A DNA stretch of 20,000 nucleotides from an uncultured virus (IMG/VR IMGVR_UViG_3300044296_000314) (Duplodnaviria; Heunggongvirae; Uroviricota; Caudoviricetes): IMG/VR virus record IMGVR_UViG_3300044296_000314, one strand, 5' to 3'. Made by a program: the position numbers and the translations under genes. The notes beneath the pieces were generated by a model, which had not been told where the DNA came from, did not search any database, and was given only the letters and a program-made list of their open reading frames with translations. This document shows positions 1 through 7,033 of the stretch, piece by piece (the first letter of the stretch is position 1; every line of letters begins with the position of its first letter).

Positions 1-1
1 T

Positions 2-1099
2 GATCTCTTTCGGAAAGACAAAACTGGCTCTCGCACCCGTTCCAGTGGTACGGGCGGACGCCGGAATGCTTCTTGGAGCGCGCAAGCGTCCTTGGTCACC
101 GGGGGCGTGGCGGGTACTGTTCCGGATTTGGATCCCATTTTTGTTTCCGGTTTTGGAGGGGTCGCAACGGTCACCTCCGGCACGGTTTCGGTCACCGGGG
201 CCACCAACGCCACGCCGATCGTGATCACGGCGGCAGCTCATGGCTTGAGCTCCTACGACGTGGTGTCCATCACGGGAGTTCTGGGCAACACGGAAGCCAA
301 CGGCATTTATGCCGTCAATGTTTTGACCTCCAGTACCTTTGAACTGATTGGCAGTGCGGGCAACGCAGCCTACACTTCGGGCGGCTCTGTGTCGAAGTCC
401 GGTCTGTACTACAAGCCCACTGACGCTGAGCCCAGCTTCTGCACGTACAGTGCCCGCATCCCCTACGCGACGGCCAGCCAGCGCGTTTGCTTCGGCCAGG
501 TGACCAAGGAAATGACCTTTACCCTGGGTCAGGACATTGCCACGTTTCAGGCCAGCGGCGGGGCCAAGTGGGTGCTGGATAACTTGAAATTCTCCAGCGC
601 CACCTCCACGGAAAAAGGTGGACTGACGGCGTTTCCCGATTTGTCCCTCATCACCGGGTCTTCGGTTACTGGTGGGTCTGGCATTGCCGGTTTCAAGGGG
701 CGTGCCGTCATCAACGGCTCCACGATGGTGCGAATTCGCAGCGCCAGCATCAAGTATGGCAGCGCGTTGGACCTCCCGCAGGATGTCTTTGGATCCGATT
801 ATGTGGACACGCCTGAGGCGGACGAACGGGCGGTGTCGGTCGACTTCAACATGTATGAAGACGACAGCGCCGCGCAAGCCACCCTGGAGCAGGCAGCGGT
901 CGACAAGACCAGCATCGACATGATCTTCCAGTTGGGCACGTCGCCGAACAACACGGTGGTGTTTGTTTTGCGCGGCGTGCAACTGGCTTCCCCTGAACGT
1001 GATGACTCCCAGAGAGCATTCACGATGAACTACAGCAACTCTCAAGCCTACGGCAGCTCCATCACTGGATACAACGAGTGCCGTATGTGGATGATGTAG
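2..1099 (+). CDS. Major tail tube protein (5'-truncated by window edge) with an inserted small beta domain
   Basis: The frame of ORF 92..1099 is open back to position 2 (DLFRKDKTGSRTRSSGTGGRRNASW...), so the TTG at 92 is not the true start. It lies directly upstream of the chaperone and tape measure. The beta-rich C-half (RIRSASIKYGSAL...ERAVSVDFNMY...VVFVLRGVQL) resembles siphovirus tube proteins. Confidence 0.8.
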   Translation, partial: DLFRKDKTGSRTRSSGTGGRRNASWSAQASLVTGGVAGTVPDLDPIFVSGFGGVATVTSGTVSVTGATNATPIVITAAAHGLSSYDVVSITGVLGNTEANGIYAVNVLTSSTFELIGSAGNAAYTSGGSVSKSGLYYKPTDAEPSFCTYSARIPYATASQRVCFGQVTKEMTFTLGQDIATFQASGGAKWVLDNLKFSSATSTEKGGLTAFPDLSLITGSSVTGGSGIAGFKGRAVINGSTMVRIRSASIKYGSALDLPQDVFGSDYVDTPEADERAVSVDFNMYEDDSAAQATLEQAAVDKTSIDMIFQLGTSPNNTVVFVLRGVQLASPERDDSQRAFTMNYSNSQAYGSSITGYNECRMWMM

Positions 1100-1143
1100 T
1101 TTTGGTTTCTTGCGGGTTGGTTGGTGGTACTCCAGCTGGCAAG

Positions 1144-1188
1144 TAGCGAGGGAACCAGACGATCGCTCGTCTGGTTCCGCGCTATAAT
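1144..1188 (+). promoter_or_regulatory. Intergenic inverted repeat abutting a TATAAT box
   Basis: GGAACCAGACGA (1151-1162) and TCGTCTGGTTCC (1167-1178) form a perfect 12-bp stem with a TCGC loop, extendable by TAGCG/CGCTA. TATAAT is at 1183-1188. There is no U-tract and no TTGACA-like -35. Confidence 0.5.
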
Positions 1189-1239
1189 AGAAATCGCTAG
1201 TTGTGTGTATTTAGCAATCAAAGTCACAAGGAAAACCAC

Positions 1240-1926
1240 ATGTCGAGTAGTTACCCCAACACCGTTGAAGTATGCAGCAAGCTTCCTGAGTTTGCTGGAG
1301 TTTCGTTCGTTTTGAATCGCGTCAGTTACGGGTTGCGCACGCGCTTGCGTCGTGATCTGGTGCCGGCGCTGCAACGAATTCGTCATTTGAATGAGTTGAT
1401 GCAGCTGGAGGTGTCCAAGTATGGATTGGACTCGACTCTGGAAACGAACGACACCCCAGAAACCAACGGTATGGTGCTGCTGGAGGACGAGGCTGTACCT
1501 ACCCTGGGTGAGGCGTCGTCGATTGCGCCTGGGACAGTTACCAAGAAGTTTACGCCAGAGCAGGAAGCAGCGGTGGACCGCATTACTGACCTGGGTCAGC
1601 AGATTGACCTGGCCACGGATGAATTGTCGGTGCCTGTGTACTTGAAGCATGGCCTGGTGTCTGTGAACGGATTGCTGGATGCGACGGGTCAGCCCTACAC
1701 GGCGACTTCCCTGTACCAGACTGGGCCGGAAGACCTGTGTCGAGAGATCTTGGAAGAATTCATGGGCATGGTCAACCCCACCCGTAAAACGCAAGCAAAT
1801 TTAGAATCGCCTATCACTTCTGGCGCAGTGGCGGATGGGCAAATGATTCATACGATTGCGCCAAATGTCAACGGCAACAAGCCTACCGAGAGCGGAATTG
1901 CACCAAGTATTTCCCAGAACGAGTAA
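1240..1926 (+). CDS. Tail assembly chaperone, lambda gpG-equivalent (228 aa)
   Basis: ATG at 1240 is preceded by AAGGAAA (1228-1234). The protein is acidic and helical, lies between tube and tape measure, and contains the slippery site near its 3' end. Confidence 0.8.
   Translation: MSSSYPNTVEVCSKLPEFAGVSFVLNRVSYGLRTRLRRDLVPALQRIRHLNELMQLEVSKYGLDSTLETNDTPETNGMVLLEDEAVPTLGEASSIAPGTVTKKFTPEQEAAVDRITDLGQQIDLATDELSVPVYLKHGLVSVNGLLDATGQPYTATSLYQTGPEDLCREILEEFMGMVNPTRKTQANLESPITSGAVADGQMIHTIAPNVNGNKPTESGIAPSISQNE
1797..1803 (+). other. Programmed -1 ribosomal frameshift slippery heptamer A_AAT_TTA
   Basis: In-frame codons GCA AAT TTA give X_XXY_YYZ. The -1 frame has TAA at 1785-1787 and is then open to TAA 2202-2204. 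Confidence 0.85.
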
Positions 1927-2204
1927 ATCCAAAATTGCCGCATTGGTGGTATCCAACCTACACCTCTGGCAAAGGCAAAGTGGTCACCATTAACCAAGTT
2001 AGCAGCGCGGAATGTCCGGTGAGTCTGAGCAATGTTGAATCCACACAGTTACTTTCGGATTGGTCTGAATCCCAACGGATGGAGGGTTGCTACATGTTTG
2101 GACCAGACCTGAGTCAGTGGCCTGTGGACATCTTTGATGCTTTTGTCATATTTGCTACCGAAGAGAAATCTGTGGAATTTGCCAAATACGAGGCGGACAA
2201 GTAA
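1803..2204 (+). CDS. Frameshift-accessed T segment of tail assembly chaperone GT (fusion about 321 aa), with four Cys that may bind Zn
   Basis: The -1 frame reads RIAYHFWRSGGWANDSYDCAKCQRQQAYRERNCTKYFPERVNPKLPHWWYP...SAECPVSL...EADK* and contains listed ORF 1935..2204. Its stop abuts the tape measure ATG at 2205. Confidence 0.8.
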   Translation, partial: RIAYHFWRSGGWANDSYDCAKCQRQQAYRERNCTKYFPERVNPKLPHWWYPTYTSGKGKVVTINQVSSAECPVSLSNVESTQLLSDWSESQRMEGCYMFGPDLSQWPVDIFDAFVIFATEEKSVEFAKYEADK

Positions 2205-5200
2205 ATGAGCGACAGCGTTGAGTTAGTAATCAAGATCCGAACTGAGGGACAAGCTGCTCTCAGCGCGATTCGCCAATCCATGGATGGTCTCAACAAAGAC
2301 ACCACGGGAGCAGCTACCGCCACCAATAAGTTAGACAACTCTCAGGTTAAACTCACAGTCACCCTTAAACAAGCAACTAATGCTGCTGAGAGCGCTGCTC
2401 AAGCCACTGAGAAGCACTCCAGCAGCATGTCTCTGGCCGTTTTGACAGGTAACCTGCTCTCTGAGGCTCTCAATCGAGTTGCGGGGGCGGCCAAGTCGGC
2501 CACGGTCGACGCGGCGCTGTACGCTGCCCGCACGGAACAATTGAACACGGTAATGGACCAGATGTCTCGGTCCAGTAACTTGAACGTACAGTCCGTGCGC
2601 GCTCAAGCTGAGGCAGTGAGAAGCTTGGGGATCACTACCCAAGAATCTCGTAACACCATTATCCAAATGATTCAGGGTCAGTTAGACCTGAGCAAGGCCA
2701 CGGATTTAGCCCGGTTGGCCCAGAACGCTGCCAAGATTGCGGGCATCAGCAGCTCAGAAGCTTTGGGTGGCATCATTAACGGCATTAAAACGCAACAGGT
2801 CGAAGTGTTGCGTACCTACGGCATCCAAGTCAGCTTTGAACAGGCGCTGGCCAGGGGCGCAGCGCGGTTAAACAAGACCAGAGAGACTCTGACCGATTAC
2901 GAACGATCCAACATTGCTCTTAATGAGGTGTTGAGCAAGGGTCCGAGCATCATGGGAGCGTATGAGGTTAGTTTGACCACTGCCGCAGGTCAAATGCAAT
3001 CTCTGTCCCGTTTGGCGGATGAAGCCAAGAACGCTTTGGGCGAGAGATTTGCTCCAGCTCTCCAGCGCACTGTTGAGTTACTGACCAGCATGGCGGAGGG
3101 CGTTAGAAACAACGCCGAAACTGTTGGGGATCTAACTGTAGCTATTACAGCAGCGGGTGCGGCAGCTGCGGCAGCACGCTACGTTCCGGGGCCTCCCCTG
3201 GTGAAGGCTGGCGCAGCGATTACGGCTGCCACTGTGGTGACGTTGTTTGGCAATACTGATCCCGAAGCCGCAGCACTTGATTCCGCCAAGGCGGCCATCG
3301 CCAAGCTAGAAGACCAGAAGAAGGAGCTGGCTCTCAAAGCAAGCAAAGGCATCATCACAGACCGCGAGAAGTATGTAGCCGAAATCGAACGTTTGTCCAA
3401 ACTCGAATTGGTCATACAGGAGCAACTGGCGGATAAGCTGGCGGTGGTGTATAAAGCCAGACAGGCCAAGCAGGACGCATTTCTGAAGAACCCGCCAGCT
3501 GAGGCTTTGGGTTTGCTGCCTCAGTCTTCCCCTGTCCAGATCCCTGACTTTAATCTGGGCGGCGGTCGCGTACTCAAAGGGGAAGAGGTTCGATCTGCCT
3601 TTAATCGCAGTATCACGACAGATCCGGACGGCTTGAAGTTCACTCCCAATCCCAATGCTAATGTAGAGGCTCAGTTTGCGGCGTTTATGGCCAAAATCAA
3701 GGAGGCGCAGCAGTCCGCTACCGCCGCCCTGGAACGCGCCAAGGCCAGTGAGCTGAGTGGGGAAGCGCGCATCCTGTCTGAGCGTTCGGCTGCCTTGCAG
3801 AGAGTTGCTGCTACTTTTCAGCCATTTGACGCGGCATTGCGGAATGGGGCTGAGTACAAGAAGCTGCTTGGTACCATTAACGCAGAATACGCAGAGCTTC
3901 TGAAGAAAGAAGACCGTAACCAAAAGGTCGAGGTATTGAAGCAAAATATCAGGGAATCTGATGTAAAGTCCCAGATTGTGGCGGATTCTGCGCGCCAATC
4001 GCTTCAAATTTCTCAGAGAATTGCTGCCGCTAAACGGGATCCAGGGAATGAGGAAGCGAACATCCTGCAGCTGTATCGTGACCGGATAGCTCTGGCCAAT
4101 CAAGAGAAGTCAATCGCGGATGCTCGCAACCGGGCGGACTATGCGGCAGCTGAAGCCATTTTTGCCATCGATAAAAATGACAAGGCCTTCAATGAGGCTG
4201 GGTTAAACCTGCGTTTGAATCAATTGAAGACTGAAGCTCAGTTGGTCAAGGAGAAGAATGAAGCTGACGCTGAGAAGCAGATTTCTATCCTCAAGTTACG
4301 CCAAGAGCAGCGCAAAGAAGTTGAGCGTATGTATGAGAACGCGCTCAGGCTCGTGGAAAGTGAACGGCAAATTGGACAAAGTCGTTTCAGGGATGCTGCT
4401 GAACGGGACAACCGACTGGTGCAGGCGAGAACGCTGCCGGGGGATGAGAGGTTCGCCCAGGAATATGCCTACCGCACCAAGGTGCGTGTTGCGCAAGAAG
4501 AGTTCCTGGTTACCAAACAAACTTTGGAAGAGCAGCGCAAAGCTTCGATTGACGCCTACATCCGCACCAAGGACAAGGTGGAATTGGAGCGGCGCCAGAC
4601 AGAATATCGCATCAAAAGTGAGGAAAATGCGTATAAGCTGGAAAAAGAGCTGCTGGATGCGCGGTATGAGCGGGAAATTGAAATTGCCAACATCCGCAAA
4701 AAGCAGAACGAGGAGCTGCGGGCCTCCCTGGGATCGCTGTATGATGCTCTCAAGGCTTCTGGCAAGACTGGCCTTCAAGACTTCTTCCGTGGTTACGTGG
4801 AGCAGATCAAAAAGACCATATTTGTCAACTTGGGCGAAGAGCTGTTCCGTGGCTCTGTGCAGAAGCTGGGAGGTATCATCCCTGGACAGGAAAAAATTGA
4901 CCCCATCACTGGCAAAGGCACCGGGGAATTGACTACGCTGGGGAGAATTCTGCGCGGCACTCCCCTGGGAGTGGATCCTGCAAAATTGGCTCTGGACAAA
5001 TCTGTCAACGCTCAAAATCGAAACACCAAGGCGATTGAGGATTTGACGTCCGTTCTGCAAGGTGGGAGAGCAGGCGTGCCCGGCAGCGCCGGGGGAACTC
5101 CACCGTTCATTGGTGGCGGGAGCGCCTCTTCCGGTGGTTTCCTGGGAGGCATATTGGGTTCCTTGGGTTTGGGTGGTGCCCGGAGTCCTGGTTTGGTTAT

Positions 5201-5840
5201 CAGCAACTTTGCAGCTGGGCAAACCGCACAGAGTATTTCTGCTGGTGGCATCGACTTCCGACCGGATCAGGGTTTGGGTGGGTTTTTGACCAAGGTGACC
5301 GACTTTGTGCGTCCTAAAATCAACCCGGACACAGGTAAGCCTGGGTTCAGTGCCGGGGCCACCGCGCTGGCTGCAGCGGCTGCGATTCCGGCCATCGCAG
5401 GCGGCATTGAAGAGGGCGGGGCGAAGGGGGCGCTTGGAGCGGTCTCCGGGGCGTTGGGAGTGGCTGCGTCCATACCAGGTCCGCAACAACCGTTCCTGAT
5501 CGCGGGGGCGCTCCTCACGGGATTCATCGGTAGTTTCCTCAAGAGCAAGGCGCAAAAGAAAGAAGAGGCTTTGGCAGCGGCTCTGAATCGCAAATTTGAA
5601 TTGCCAGGAGCCATTGACGTTACTAGGGATTTGACCGGCAATGCGGTAGACTATAACTCTCGGGGCGAGTTACGAACGTATGAGCGTAATGGCGGCACCG
5701 TTGTTAACGTCAACATCAGCGCTATGGATTCTAAGTCATTCTTCGATCGGGGGCCGGAGCTTTCGGATAGTGTGATGAATATGTTACAACTCAACCATCC
5801 TCTGCGTAGTCAAATACAAGAGATAGCGGGCACTACTTAA
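2205..5840 (+). CDS. Tail tape measure protein (1211 aa)
   Basis: Long Ala/Glu/Lys-rich helical protein immediately after the G/GT chaperone. It has a typical N-terminus (VELVIKIRTEG), a tape-measure-like core (DLSKATDLARLAQNAA...VEVLRTYGI), Gly-rich hydrophobic segments and a C-terminal VVNVNISAMDSKSF motif. Confidence 0.92.
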   Translation: MSDSVELVIKIRTEGQAALSAIRQSMDGLNKDTTGAATATNKLDNSQVKLTVTLKQATNAAESAAQATEKHSSSMSLAVLTGNLLSEALNRVAGAAKSATVDAALYAARTEQLNTVMDQMSRSSNLNVQSVRAQAEAVRSLGITTQESRNTIIQMIQGQLDLSKATDLARLAQNAAKIAGISSSEALGGIINGIKTQQVEVLRTYGIQVSFEQALARGAARLNKTRETLTDYERSNIALNEVLSKGPSIMGAYEVSLTTAAGQMQSLSRLADEAKNALGERFAPALQRTVELLTSMAEGVRNNAETVGDLTVAITAAGAAAAAARYVPGPPLVKAGAAITAATVVTLFGNTDPEAAALDSAKAAIAKLEDQKKELALKASKGIITDREKYVAEIERLSKLELVIQEQLADKLAVVYKARQAKQDAFLKNPPAEALGLLPQSSPVQIPDFNLGGGRVLKGEEVRSAFNRSITTDPDGLKFTPNPNANVEAQFAAFMAKIKEAQQSATAALERAKASELSGEARILSERSAALQRVAATFQPFDAALRNGAEYKKLLGTINAEYAELLKKEDRNQKVEVLKQNIRESDVKSQIVADSARQSLQISQRIAAAKRDPGNEEANILQLYRDRIALANQEKSIADARNRADYAAAEAIFAIDKNDKAFNEAGLNLRLNQLKTEAQLVKEKNEADAEKQISILKLRQEQRKEVERMYENALRLVESERQIGQSRFRDAAERDNRLVQARTLPGDERFAQEYAYRTKVRVAQEEFLVTKQTLEEQRKASIDAYIRTKDKVELERRQTEYRIKSEENAYKLEKELLDARYEREIEIANIRKKQNEELRASLGSLYDALKASGKTGLQDFFRGYVEQIKKTIFVNLGEELFRGSVQKLGGIIPGQEKIDPITGKGTGELTTLGRILRGTPLGVDPAKLALDKSVNAQNRNTKAIEDLTSVLQGGRAGVPGSAGGTPPFIGGGSASSGGFLGGILGSLGLGGARSPGLVISNFAAGQTAQSISAGGIDFRPDQGLGGFLTKVTDFVRPKINPDTGKPGFSAGATALAAAAAIPAIAGGIEEGGAKGALGAVSGALGVAASIPGPQQPFLIAGALLTGFIGSFLKSKAQKKEEALAAALNRKFELPGAIDVTRDLTGNAVDYNSRGELRTYERNGGTVVNVNISAMDSKSFFDRGPELSDSVMNMLQLNHPLRSQIQEIAGTT

Positions 5841-7033
5841 TGGCCGGATCATTTCCTACTCTGAAATCAGGCAACACGGTGTTCTATCCGTTGGCAGATA
5901 CCATGTCGTTTGGAACCCAAGTACATAAGTTCTTGGATGACTCAGAGCAACGGCACCGCGACCGATTAGTGCTGCGCCGGTTCCAGTTAACTTGCAATAA
6001 CATCAGCGCATACGATGTGAGCTTGATTCGTTCGTTCTTTCGTTCCCAATTTGGTGGATACGACTCTACCTGGGATCTAACCTTTGGCGGCGTTACTTAC
6101 AGTAACATGGCGTTTGCTCAGGACAACTTCCCTTCTGTGGAGTCTAAGCATAATCGCATGACGCTGTCTTTTCAGTTAGTACAAACAAAGTCGTCTAATC
6201 CAACGATACCCACCACTCCTACCTATTTCCCGCAGCTGTTGTCGGGCGGCGTGTCTACCGCGATGCCATACGAGTCGATGCTGGAGTATCGAACCATCAC
6301 CGATGAGTTGGAAAATGGCAAGCGCTATGCGTATAAGTGGAGGGACAACCCTCTTGGCAAGTTCAAGGTCAATCTCTCGTTGCTGACCGACACTGAGGCA
6401 GCTAACGTTCGGAGTTTTCTGTTGAGCGTGGAGGGAAGGCTACAATCCTTCATTTTTCTGGATCCCGGCGGAAACTTGGTTGGGTACTCCGATTTATTGT
6501 CCGACTCCAGTTGGACCAAGACTTCAGTAACAGTTGGATCGGCGGTAGCAGACCCGTTTGGAGGTTCCCTGGCAACCAGCTGTCTGGCCACCAGCGGGGA
6601 CAGTAAAATGGTCGCCTCTGTGCTTCCTGCCGGAAACGCCAGCGGGTTTGTGCTGTGCGCTTCGGCTTGGGTCAGAGCCACCGGAAGCGGGCAAACGCTG
6701 CGGATAGGGTTTCAGGACTCCACCGCTACTCTTTTGGGCAGCACCACCTGGACTCTTCCGCAAAATCAGTGGATACGCATATTCCACAGCATCACATTGG
6801 GGACAAATAATCCGGTAAGCATCATCATCGGGGGAGGATCCACGTGGAATAGTAGCACCATTCAATTCTTCAGTTTACAATGCGTGCCATTACCTGGGCC
6901 TGGGCCGCGCTTGTTGACTCCGGGGGCGGACGCTTTACGACCCAAGTGTCGTTTGGGATCAGACGACAGCACCATCAACTACCTGGGCGTTAACCAACAA
7001 TCGACAACAATACTGATTGAGGAATTTTCCTGA
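5840..7033 (+). CDS. Distal tail protein (Dit; lambda gpM/DUF2460-like), two tandem units, the second with a carbohydrate-binding-module-like insert
   Basis: TAATG overlap with the tape measure. Two similar units (SFPTLKSG..YP..RSFFRSQFG and YFPQLLSG..MPY..RSFLLSVEGRLQSFIFLDP). Aromatic beta-sandwich-like insert NLVGYS...SAWVRA...QWIRIFHS at about 6473-6890. Confidence 0.75.
   Translation: MAGSFPTLKSGNTVFYPLADTMSFGTQVHKFLDDSEQRHRDRLVLRRFQLTCNNISAYDVSLIRSFFRSQFGGYDSTWDLTFGGVTYSNMAFAQDNFPSVESKHNRMTLSFQLVQTKSSNPTIPTTPTYFPQLLSGGVSTAMPYESMLEYRTITDELENGKRYAYKWRDNPLGKFKVNLSLLTDTEAANVRSFLLSVEGRLQSFIFLDPGGNLVGYSDLLSDSSWTKTSVTVGSAVADPFGGSLATSCLATSGDSKMVASVLPAGNASGFVLCASAWVRATGSGQTLRIGFQDSTATLLGSTTWTLPQNQWIRIFHSITLGTNNPVSIIIGGGSTWNSSTIQFFSLQCVPLPGPGPRLLTPGADALRPKCRLGSDDSTINYLGVNQQSTTILIEEFS

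Noticed and set aside
1048..1794. 248-aa minus-strand ORF
   Set aside because: Antisense to the chaperone gene, with no protein-like features or SD.
1935..2204. Independent 89-aa gene starting at TTG 1935
   Set aside because: It has no SD and the frame is open from 1788, so it is better explained as the frameshifted T segment.
3306..5641. Long alternative ORFs inside the tape measure (3306..4103 -, 4296..5555 -, 4258..4932 +, 5267..5641 -)
   Set aside because: They overlap a convincing gene and have no recognisable motifs; such shadow ORFs are expected from codon bias.
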